Positions 22,701 through 32,867 of a stretch of 44,503 bases of DNA are shown piece by piece. The stretch lies in contig NIVC01002317.1 of NCBI GenBank assembly GCA_002269645.1, positions 1 to 44,503 of the forward strand. Reading direction: 5' to 3'. Position 1 is the stretch's first letter. Every line of letters begins with the position of its first letter. Under the pieces are notes generated by a model, which saw only the letters and a program-made list of their open reading frames with translations, was not told the origin of the DNA and did not search any database. This stretch comes from Macrostomum lignano. Its lineage: Eukaryota. The position numbers and the translations under genes were made by a program.

Positions 22701-25700
22701 GCCCGCCGGCTGCGATCCCAGACTGCAGCACTGCCTGTTTGCCTATCTGCTAATGGACTTGCAGGTATGGCGTTGTTAGTCTGCGCTGCACACGAACTTC
22801 TAATGGCTTTCCCGTGTGTCTGACCCTATCTGTTCTGTTCTAGTGCATGTCCTAATATAATTCAGTCTGTGTCCGTGCGAATGTTTCTTTGTAGTGTCTG
22901 TTGTGTCTGTTCTAGTGTCATTGTCTGACCTAGTGTCTGTAGTGTCTGTCCTAGTGCCTACTAGCGTCTGTCCTAGTGCCTACTAGCGTCTGTCCTAGTG
23001 CCTACTAGCGTCTGTCCTAGTGCCTACTAGCGTCTGTCCTAGTGCCTACTAGCGTCTGTCCTAGTGCCTACTAGCGTCTGTCCTAGTGCCTACTAGCGTC
23101 TGTCCTAGTGCCTACTAGCGTCTGTCCTAGTGACTACTAGTGTCTTCAATGAACCCCGCAACAACCAATCAAGGCCCTGCTAGAGGACGCTGACGACGCC
23201 GAGGAACTGACTGAGCAGTGGGACGGCTACCTGTCAGTCAGCGGCCAGCCAGCTTCCCTAGCCCGGTGGGCGAATCTTCTCTGGAGCCTCGATCACTCGC
23301 TGTGGCCTGAGGCCCTATCGCTGCTGGACGATCCCGACCTGTCCCGGCCGCTGTTCCCCGGTCTTGCCGACGGCGTAGTCTCGGCCGTGGCCGAGTTGGC
23401 TCCCAACGTGGCCGCCCGTTGTCTGATCCGATTCAGGCCGCACGCCCAGGTGTCGCCGGCTCTGGCCGTGCGAGTTTTGCTGGCCTCCGGCCGGCCAGAC
23501 CTCGCCTTAGATTTGATTATCCGACCGATTGGCGACTCGGCTGAACGGGCCGACCTTCTAGCCCGACTATTGAACGAATGCGCGGCTAGCGATAGATGGC
23601 GCGGCAAACTATTCGCTGGCATTCATTGGCGACAGGAGGAGCTGCCCAGGCTGGCTGATTTTGCCGCCAAGTCGGGCTGCCAACAGGTTTGTACTTGAGC
23701 CACAAGATTAGCGGTAGCGGCACATTGAGCCACAAGATTAGCAGTAGCGGCACATTGAGCCACAAGATTAGCAGTAGCGGCACATTGAGCCACAAGATTA
23801 GCGGCACATTAAGCAACAAGATTAGCGGCACATTGAGCAACAAGTTTAGCGACAAATTGAGCGACAAGTTTAGCGACAAATTGAGCGATAAATCAATTCA
23901 CAAACATTCGCGCCCACAGATCAAGGAGCAGCTGGTTGCACACCTGTTGCTAACCGGTCGCTACGCGGAAGCCGCCCAGCTCAGCGACCGCCTGCCGGTG
24001 TGCGACGCAGCTTCGGCGGCGCGCAAACGTTTAGTAGACATTGTGCTGGACTCGCTGCCGAGGGTGCAGCGGGACTTGCTCAGGTTGGAGATTGCTCAGC
24101 AGGCTGCCGGGACTTCATACATTGCGGCACTGCCAACCAGGAGGACAGGTAAGAATTTTAGCTAATACGAACGCGAATTGCGTAGAATTTCAAACGTTTG
24201 GGGTCCAAGCTAAGCGGCTAAGGCTACTGTAGTATTGTAGAACTTATGTAACACTAAGAGAGTCGCTGGAGTCATTGCAAAACTAGCGACTCTCTGATAG
24301 TGACTCTATCAGAAGTGACTATCAGAAGTGACTCTTGTGACTTTTTAACGACTCAATGCGGCAGAGTCACCAGCGCATCGCGTGAGTTGTAGAATCGTAA
24401 AAAAGTCGTCCAAAAGTAGTTGTTAGCGTGCCTGCCCCAATGGCCAGGTGTGCAACCGACAGCTCAGCCGCAGCTATTGCGCGGCGCATCTGAAGGCTGC
24501 GTACGGCTGTTCAGTCCAAGGACTGGGGGGTCGCCACACAGCCTCAATTACCCCAGCTAATGCTGGCGCCCATTTTACAGCTGGGTAAACTGAAGAAATG
24601 CACAGAGCTAAGTGTCTTGCTCAAGGACACAAACTGTTCTAATGGGATCGGGAATCGAACCCCTGACCTTCAAGTCGTGAGTCCGACGCTCCAACCACTA
24701 CCCTGTCTTACCTAATCGGGCAAAGAATTTTACAATGGCTTTAAAAATATAAAAATTAGCAAGTTAAGTATATGTATATATATATTTATATATATATTAA
24801 TAAAAGTATTCAAATCTTGAAATTTAGTCGATCCGAAGCCGCTAGCCGCCCAGCCAAGCGGTTTTGCTAGCCTGGCTGGCGTTAATCCGTTCGGCACTTC
24901 AGTCACTACCGAGAAGCTGTTCGCCAATGTTGTTGCCACCCGCGAACAGGAGCGTCAGGCCTGGCTAAAGGCCGTGCAATCTGATAGGTAATTTTAATCG
25001 ATTTTTGTTACCTTTTTCGTATAAATTTATGCAATAATATCCGTCAGTATTCGCGCCATCCTACTTGCAGTAGATGATGCGCGTATTATGTCTATTGTGA
25101 CATAAAAGATTGACGTTTTTTGAGTGCCGTGCTGACGTGTTGATTGAATTATTTATCACAAACCGTAGCGTTTTAAAGTTTTTTAATTTTGAGTTATTGC
25201 CTGTTTGCTTTTAGACCGGCATTTTTCAGAGGCTTGCTGTCCAATGTGTTCATGACACCTACTGCTGCTGCGGCCCATGCCTCCACTAACAATGCCCGGC
25301 CGCCGCTATGCTCGCTTTCCACTATTAAGAAACGAGTTTGGTAAATATGCATTGTGAATTTGCACTTAAGTTACCTGCGTTTGCTTGCATGATTTTTTTT
25401 GTATAGAAATGTGCTGTGACCTCAAGACTTTGGTTGGGCCCCAAATTTGGAATTTATAGGGCTAGTTACGAATCGTATAAGGCTGTATTTAGGGCTAGCC
25501 GCAGGTGTTTCCCTAATTATCAATATCTCATATCCTCATCGGGTGTTTCCCTAATTATCAATATCTCATATCCTCATCGGGTGTTTCCCTAATTATCAAT
25601 ATCTCATATCCTCATCGGGTGTTTCCCTAATTATCAATATCTCATATCCTCATCGGGTGTTTCCCTAATTATCAATATCTCATATCCTCATCGGGTGTTT

Positions 25701-28700
25701 CCCTAATTATCAATATCTCATATCCTCATCGGGTGTTTCCCTAATTATCAATATCTCATATCCTCAGGTGTTTCCCTAATTATCAATATCTCATATCCTC
25801 ATCGGGTGTTTCCCTAATCATCAATATCTCATATCCTCATCGGGTGTTTCCCTAATTATCAATATCTCATATCCTCAGGTGTTTCCCTAATTATCAATAT
25901 CTCATATCCTCAGGTGTTTCCCTAATTATCAATATCTCATATCCTCAGGTGTTTCCCTAATTATCAATATCTCATATCCTCATCGGGTGTTTCCCTAATT
26001 ATCAATATCTCATATCCTCAGGTGTTTCCCTAATTATCAATATCTCATATCCTCAGCTCAGGTGTTTCCCTAATTATCAATATCTCATATCCTCAGCTCA
26101 GGTGTTTCCCTAATTATCAATATCTCATATCCTCAGGTGTTTCCCTAATTATCAATATCTCATATCCTCAGGTGTTTCCCTAATTATCAATATCTCATAT
26201 CCTCAGGTGTTTCCCTAATTATCCATATCTCATATCCTCAGGTGTTTCTCTAATTAGGTGAATCAGAACTGTTAATTCGAAATAGAGTTCTTAGAAAATA
26301 AAAAAAATTTGGACATTTCCCACCTGCCTGCACCGAATCTGCAGTTCACTAACGCATGCGCACCCCGAACAATGCCCACCTGCCTGCAGTTCCCCAGTGC
26401 TCACTAACCCTCGATCGGCCAAGTTTCTCAGACGAGACCCGGCCGACAATCGAGTGTTCGCTGAGGACGGCGCCACTATGGCCTCGCCTAGAGTTCGCGA
26501 CCAATGCAACCAGTTGCTAAGGACTCCTTGTCGCCTAGGCAACAGTCATCAAAAGCAGCAACAACAGCAGCAGCAGCTGCAGCAGTCTCAGTCGCAACAA
26601 CGCCATAATTTCAGTTCGGCCAATCGTCCGATAGTGTCCATACTGCGGAAAACTCGGACAGCCGGACTAAGAGCCGAGGCCTCAGGCAATCAGCATCAGC
26701 GATCGCACAGCCCCGCTGGACGGCTGCGGTTTGCCGACGCCGTTGAGGACGCCAGTCCGGAGCAGCGGCAGCCTTCAGATTCTCAGCCAATGCAACGTCG
26801 TGCAACTCCCGGACCTCCGCCGCCAACTGCTGCGTCTCCTTCGCCGGCGCCAGGCCCGTCTCCCATACCGATTGGTTGGTGTTCATTGATTATGGCAAAT
26901 TTTAACACAATGGATCATTATAGCTCAAGTCTTTTCCATCGGTGCAGATCTGGACGAGACCAGCTTCGACTCTCCGTCCTACAAGCGCGAGCAGTCCGCC
27001 TCCGGCCCCGCCGCCGCTGCAGGCAGTGAAAGCGTCGGGAAGGCCAAGCTCAGCAGTAGCCGGTCATTCGATGTTGAAATGGCCGAAGCGACTGCGGCGG
27101 TTGGCCCCGACTTGACTGCACTGTCGTCTGGTGAGCGTTTGTTTTCAGGTGGAGTTATTCTGCCAGATCACGTGTCAAGGTCTAGTTTTTAGTTTCTGGG
27201 GCGTTTCGTGAGCGCGGAATTTTGAGTTTGTGATCGAAGTTTTTCTGAACAGCTTGTGATGAAGCTGTGCGCTTGTGAAGCTTTGAGCTTGTGCTGAAGC
27301 TGTGCGCTTGTGATGAAGCTTTGAGCTTGTGATGAAGCTTTGAGCTTGTGATGAAGCTTTGAGCTTGTGATGAAGCTTTGAGCTTGTGATGAAGCTTTGA
27401 GCTTGTGCAGTTTCGAGCTTGTGATGAAGCTGTGAGCTTGTGAAGCTTCAAGCTTGTGATGTTTTGAGCTTGTGAAAGCGACCTATATTTTCCAATCCAG
27501 GTGAGATTGGAAACATTTGGATTTTAAGTTAAGCATAATTGGCAGCGGTTAGTACACGGCTGATTTTTAGGCTGATTTTTTGTTGCATCGCCTCCAAGGC
27601 AGCCACCACTTATTATCTGATAAAAAACCAAAACATTTTCGTCTTTTTGAGACACTTCATAAAAATGAGCTGATCAGAACTTGTTCAGGTAAAGTCGTAC
27701 ATCTGTAGTTGCACAATTTTTTATCTTCACCAGATGACAGCGGCACTTCGGCAACAAAGCCGCCTCGACCTCAAGGGTTGGCTGTGCCGCCGAAAATAAA
27801 CTCTGTCGATGACGTCAGCCAGTCTAACCGTGGAAGCGCTGCCGTGTCGCCGGCTTCGTCGTCTGATGTCTTTGTAACGCCAGAGGACACCTGTAAGCGA
27901 TGGGGGTCTTTGTTATTGGTAGTGTGACTTTTATTAAGCTTTTTTTAATCTGTTCAGTTGGAGCGATAATTCCTCAGCACGAAGTCTAATGCGAATGCTC
28001 ATAAAGCGAATGCTCATAGAGCGAATGCTCATAAAGCGAATGCTCATAAAGCGAATGCTCATAGAGCGAATGCTCATAAAGCGAATGCTCATAGAGCAAA
28101 TGCTTTTAGAGCGAATGCTCATAGAGCGAGCGAGTGCTCATAGAGCGAATTCTTATAGAGCGAATGCTCATAGAGCGAGCGAATGCTCATAGAGCGAATG
28201 CTCATAGAGCGAATGCTCATAGAGCGAATGCTCATAGAGCGAATGCTCATAGAGCGAATTCTCATAGAGCAAATTCTCATAGAGCGAATTCTCATACAGC
28301 GAATGCTCATAGAGCAAATGCTTTTAGAGCGAATGCTCATAGAGCGAGCGAATGCTCATAGAGCGAGTGCTCATAGAGCGAATTCTTATAGAGCGAATGC
28401 TCATAGAGCGAGCGAATGCTCATAGAGCGAATGCTCATAGAGCAAATGCTTTTAGAGCGAATGCTCATAGAGCGAGCGAGTGCTCATAGAGCGAATTCTT
28501 ATAGAGCGAATGCTCATAGAGCGAGCGAATGCTCATAGAGCGAATGCTCATAGAGCGAATGCTCATAGAGCGAATGCTCATAGAGCGAATTCTCATAGAG
28601 CAAATTCTCATAGAGCGAATTCTCATACAGCGAATGCTCATAGAGCAAATGCTTTTAGAGCGAATGCTCATAGAGCGAGCGAATGCTCATAGAGCGAGTG

Positions 28701-31649
28701 CTCATAGAGCGAATTCTTATAGAGCGAATGCTCATAGAGCGAGCGAATGCTCATAGAGCGAATGCTCATAGAGCGAATGCTCATAGAGCGAATGCTCATA
28801 GAGCGAATTCTCATAGAGCAAATTCTCATAGAGCGAATTCTCATACAGCGAATGCTCATAGAGCGAATGCTCATAGAGCAAATTCTCATAGAGCAAATTC
28901 TCATAGAGCTAATGCTCATAGAGCGAATGCTCATAGAGCAAATTCTCATAGAGCTAATGCTCATAGAGCGAATGCTCATAGAGCAAATTCTCATAGAGCT
29001 AATGCTCATAGAGCGAATGCTCATAAAGCAAATTCTCATAGAGTGAATGCTTAAAGATAGAGTGCTCATAATGCGAATGCTCACGAAACTCAAAATAGAT
29101 GCTTATTAAAATGTCATCGGATAAATTATGATAGAAAAGCAAAGCTCTCATTCGTACTGTGTCCTACTTTGCGATAAACTAACTGAGCCTCGTTGAACTC
29201 TCCTGTCGCCATTCCAGCTCCGGTTGTCGAGCGGCCCACGCCGCCTCCGCCAGAATCAGTCGTATCAGTTCCCTTCTGTAGCCCAGCCGTCACCGCTGCC
29301 AGTCCCGTAGCTTCAATGGCTCGCAGCGACCTGCTTGGCCGCCGCTCCGTTTCCCCCGGTGCCGCATCCGCCGCTGCGCCCAGAATCGAATCCGAGCAGC
29401 CTTCCGCTTCCTCGTTCACCTTCGCTAAGCCTTTGCCGAATATTCGGCTAGCAGCTGTACAGTCAGCGGCGGTTGACACGGCGTCTGCTAGCAGCGCTGA
29501 CTTCGTTTTCAGTCCGCCGACCAAGCTGGGTCGGGCTCGATTTATCCGATCGGCTCAGCGAATGTCGCCTCCGCTTCAGCAGCCGACTCAGCGGGTGTCG
29601 CCTCCACTTCAGCAGCCGACTCAGCGGGTGTCGCCTCCACTTCAGCAGCCGACTCAGCGGGTGTCGCCTCCACTTCAGCAGCCGACTCAGCGGGTGTCGC
29701 CTCCACTTCAGCAGCCGACTCAGCGGGTGTCGCCTCCACTTCAGCAGCCGACTCAGCGGGTGTCGCCTCCACTTCAGCAGCCGACTCAGCGGGTGTCGCC
29801 TCCACTTCAGCAGCCGACTCAGCGGGTGTCGCCTCCACTTCAGCAGCCGACTCAGCGGGTGTCGCCTCCACTTCAGCAGCCGACTCAGCGGGTGTCGCCT
29901 CCACTTCAGCAGCCGACTCAGCGAATGTCGCCTCCGCTTCAGCAGCCGACTCAGCGAATGTCGCCTCCGCTTCAGCAGCCGACTCAGCAGGTGTCGCCTC
30001 CGCTTCAGCAGTCAACTCAGCAGGTGTCGCCTCCGCTTCAGCAGCCGACTCAGCGAGTGTCCTCGCAAGATCAACAGTCGCACCCACTCTCACCTCAGTC
30101 CCAGCAGCAGCAGTCGCCGTCAGTAATATCAGTAGTAGTAGTTCGACGTCCCGCCGGCTCACCAATTGTCGTCCATTCGACGTCGCCGCAAAGCGTCAGC
30201 CCATCCACCGGCGCTAGTCGTCCAGCCGCGGACGCGGGCGATTTCGGTCAGAAGACGGTCGTGCAGGAGGTCAGCATGGATATTAGTTCCGCCGGCATGC
30301 AAGAGGAAGCGGTTGCTACGGCCGATGAGCGGCAATCGGAACAAACGGCGAATATCTCCGGGGATCGTGAAACGGAAAGCCACTTCGAAACTGACAGCTT
30401 CTTTTCTAATCAGCCGCCTGTGGCAGGGCCCTCTGCATCCAGGCAGGAGGACGTCGATGAGGAAGTGGGGGAGGAAGACGAAGAGGAAGAAACGATATCG
30501 ACAAGACGTTCAGTAGGTCGGCGTGGTCGTCGACGACCTCGACGTTTGTCGGAGTCGACGCAAAGCAGTGCTGACGCAGAGAAGCCAGACGCAAAGGAAA
30601 AGGAGGCTGACAATGCTAGTAAGGAGGAGAATGCGGAGGATGTGAAGACGGAAGCGGATGCTGCCTCTACGGTGCCGAAGACGCGACGTAGCGCCGCCGC
30701 CACCGCTGATGGACGTCGTAAAACGGGACCGAAGCGCGCCGTCGGTCAGCGAAGTCGTCGGCGGCGAGTGTCAAAGCAGGACGAGACGGTGGCGGCCGCC
30801 GAGGAGGCTGCCGCTTCGTCATCCAGCGAGTCGGACAGTGACGACAAGGCGGATGTAGAACAGCCAGAAGCCGAAGACGCTACCGAAGAGACGATGGCGG
30901 CGTCGCCGGAGGTGAAATACCAGCTTCGGCGACGGGTGTCCATGTCGGCGCCGCCTACCCCGACTCCGGCAGCGCCGTCACTGGCTCAGCCACCGCCGCA
31001 GCAAAAGCTACGTCGGAGCTCTCGCCGCGCCTCAGTCCAGTCCGTTGACGAAGCTGACTTGGCGATGCCGCCTCCGCCACCTCCTCCGCAGTCGCAGTCC
31101 ACGCAACAGTCGGCGTCCGCTTCGACAGCCGCGACAGTCGCCGATGAGGAGGATCTGTTGAACACCAGCGCCAGCTCCTTGGACTCGGAGATGTCCATCG
31201 CCAGCGCCCCGGCCGGCCCGTCTATCAGACGGTCGAACCGCCTGCGTGGTCGCCGGCAGCAGCCGCCGCGTGCAGCCACTGTCGGCGGTCGGCGAGCCTC
31301 CGTCGCTTCGGCCGCCGCAGCCGACGATCTGCCAGCCCTGCCAGAGGAGGCCACCGCCGCGTCGCCAGACTCGGTCCGCAGCAGCTCCTCCGCTGTTGTC
31401 GGAAGTCGCTCCGCCGTCGCCGGTCGTCGACGTCGCGGCCGACCAGCCAGCCGAGCGGCGTCGTCCGAATTCGTCGGCGGCTCGCCGGACAGCGCGGCCA
31501 GCGGCGCCAGCAGCTCTCTGAGCGTCCGCACGGACATCGTCGAGAGTCGTCAGTCGTCGCGTCGTCAACGACGTCGGGGAGGCGACGGCGACGAGTCGGC
31601 GAAACCTGCCCCAGGTAGGCGGATCGGTCTGCGCAGCCGGAAGAAATAG
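16727..31649 (+). CDS. AHCTF1: ELYS / AHCTF1 / MEL-28 nucleoporin; 14 coding exons: 16727-16823, 17110-17778, 18120-18303, 18723-18833, 18938-19433, 21745-22764, 23174-23686, 23920-24148, 24828-24987, 25215-25340, 26390-26874, 26948-27130, 27734-27892, 29218-31649 (6864 nt, 2287 aa)
   Basis: All introns are GT-AG and all phases are consistent. ELYS hallmarks: MLIDLRLDD, VTALHY..LLVGFSFG..QIW, DDDPMNLLYLW, LYQLKY, FDLNRWYQCQLP, AEQLFYPAS, YPPA...CLFAYLLMDL, LLWSLDH, LLLTGRYAEA, PKPL; SILR plus RLRF PP1-docking pair; Ser/Arg-rich basic C-terminus with RGRP. Acceptors at 21745 and 26390 have in-frame alternatives (e.g. 26345). Confidence 0.9.
16905..17095. repeat. 34-bp intronic minisatellite ATCTATATCCAGGTGTGAATATTGGTTTACC(CTT/ATC), ~5 units (ELYS intron 1)
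   Basis: Direct reading. Confidence 0.9.
18345..18612. repeat. 22-bp intronic minisatellite TTTTTCTGATCTCCATGTCTTC (ELYS intron 3)
   Basis: About 11 units. Confidence 0.9.
19450..21612. repeat. ~32-36-bp TG-rich minisatellite GTGTCTGGTGTCTGCGTGAGTGTGTCTGCATGT (ELYS intron 5), interrupted by a MITE
   Basis: About 1.9 kb of array; source of all HTHADT / CVCLVSA ORFs. Confidence 0.97.
20708..20999 (+). mobile_element. hAT-type MITE (family B) copy 2, 292 bp
   Basis: TIRs CATACATGCGCAAC / GTTGCGCATGTATG; 8-bp TSD GCTTGTGT (20700-20707 and 21000-21007); homologous to 7702-7999. Confidence 0.94.
22945..23145. repeat. 22-bp intronic minisatellite CTAGTGCCTACTAGCGTCTGTC (ELYS intron 6)
   Basis: About 8 exact units. 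Confidence 0.93.
23695..23890. repeat. 21/30-bp intronic minisatellite TTGAGCCACAAGATTAGC(AGTAGC)GGCACA (ELYS intron 7)
   Basis: Direct reading; explains the SHKISSSGTL portion of ORF 23689-24165. Confidence 0.9.
24446..24703 (-). mobile_element. tRNA-derived SINE with CORE-like central domain, copy 1
   Basis: Minus strand: GTAGTGGTTGG (A box) ... GGTTCGATTCC (B box), then GTGTCCTTGAGCAAGACACTTAGC...CCCAGCTGTAAAATGGG (MIR/CORE-like). Homologous to 39292-39530 and 41019-41258. Confidence 0.85.
25500..26255. repeat. 35/40-bp intronic minisatellite CAGGTGTTTCCCTAATTATCAATATCTCATATCCT(CATCG) (ELYS intron 10)
   Basis: About 20 near-identical units in 35-, 40- and CAGCT-insert variants. Confidence 0.96.
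27250..27475. repeat. 19-bp intronic minisatellite GAGCTTGTGATGAAGCTTT (ELYS intron 12)
   Basis: About 11 units. Confidence 0.92.
27985..29088. repeat. 15-bp minisatellite TAGAGCGAATGCTCA with higher-order structure (ELYS intron 13)
   Basis: About 70 units; source of the MLIER / ANAHR / MSIRS ORFs. Confidence 0.96.
29556..30062 (+). repeat. Coding 33-bp tandem repeat (11 aa QRVSPPLQQPT x ~15) inside the last ELYS exon
   Basis: TCAGCGGGTGTCGCCTCCACTTCAGCAGCCGAC units, in frame within ORF 29193-31649. Confidence 0.93.
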
Positions 31650-32339
31650 GTGAACTGGCCGGCTCTCTCGCCGGACTTGACAAGACACTGGATAATGAGT
31701 TTATATATTAGCAAGCTAGTACTGATTGTACTTTTAGCTGCTTCATCTAATCTATAATATATAGTTATAGGCGTGCATTTTTGTTTATTTTTGTATGCTT
31801 CGTAATCTTAGCCTCCCCTGGCCTTAATAGCAGGCTCCATTAGCCGTGTCCCCGTTTTACTACTCATTGTCACTAGTACGGCAGTAGTCATAATAGGGAA
31901 TTACTAGCAAATTGACAACATATTATTTTTGTTAGATAAATTTAATACTCAACTAGTGTGTTTGACTTTGACGTGAGGTAATATTTCTACTGCATATGTG
32001 CAATTCAAGCATGGCATATGCGAGTCAATTTTAGTTTTTTAATGCCTGTCTTATAACTTAGACGGCGTCAAAGTTTTTAATTGTAGCTTTGATCGATTTT
32101 CCCCGTGTGTTCAATTTGAATAGGGATTTTTTCGCGCTGACTTCAATGCTTTTTCGGCTGACGTACAAAATTGGTCACTTACATTTAATGTATTTTTGAC
32201 ATTTTCTGCTCAATGCCATTCATGAATAAGTAATTATTTATTCTACGCTAATTTGAGCCAGCCTCAACAAGTATTTTTGTTGCGTTGTTCAACTTTTTTA
32301 ATTAAAGTATGGGATTGTCCTGATCAGCACCGTCTAATC

Positions 32340-32765
32340 CTCATAAGCATTCGGGAATCCCATCATCACTCGGGGATACCCCATAAGCGTTCGGGAATCC
32401 CCATCGTTACTTGGGGAATCCTCATAAGCATTCGGGAATCCCATCATCACTTGGGGAATCCCCATAAGCATTCGGGAATCCTCCTCATCATTTGGGTATT
32501 CCCCATAAGCATTCGGAATCCCATCATCACTTGGGGAATCCCCATAAGCATTCGGGAATCCCATCATCACTTGGGGAATCCCCATAAGCATTCGGGAATC
32601 CCATCATCACTTGGGGAATCCCCATAAGCATTTGGGAATCCCCATCAGCTTTCGAGAATCTCCACCAGCATGTGGGGAATCCGCATCAGCATTCGGGCAA
32701 TCCCCATCATCACTCGGGGAATTCCCATAAGCATTCAGGAATCCTCATCAGCTTTCGAGAAATGT
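32340..32765. repeat. 40-bp intergenic minisatellite CATAAGCATTCGGGAATCCCATCATCACTTGGGGAATCCC
   Basis: About 10 units between ELYS and RPB9, ending ~100 bp before the RPB9 ATG. Confidence 0.92.
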
Positions 32766-32867
32766 CCTTATTAAATCTTATATTATATATACTACTTAAA
32801 TCCTACAGCAGTAGCATCAATAGCGCCTTTCTACAATCGTGTTCCAGCGTCTCATTGCACTAATAAG

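Noticed and set aside
25500-26255. CRISPR-like regular 35-40 bp repeats (also 32340-32765 and 34950-35720)
   Set aside because: Units are directly adjacent with no unique spacers, there are no cas genes, and the context is a eukaryotic intron or spacer.
27934-29093. MLIER / MSIRS repetitive ORFs
   Set aside because: 15-bp intronic array, open in many frames on both strands.
29126-31688. Several antisense and alternative-frame ORFs overlapping the last ELYS exon (e.g. 29542-30165 PAESAAEVEAT repeat)
   Set aside because: Shadow ORFs of GC-rich coding sequence and the 33-bp coding repeat; similar shadows overlap the dioxygenase, other ELYS exons and DUR3.
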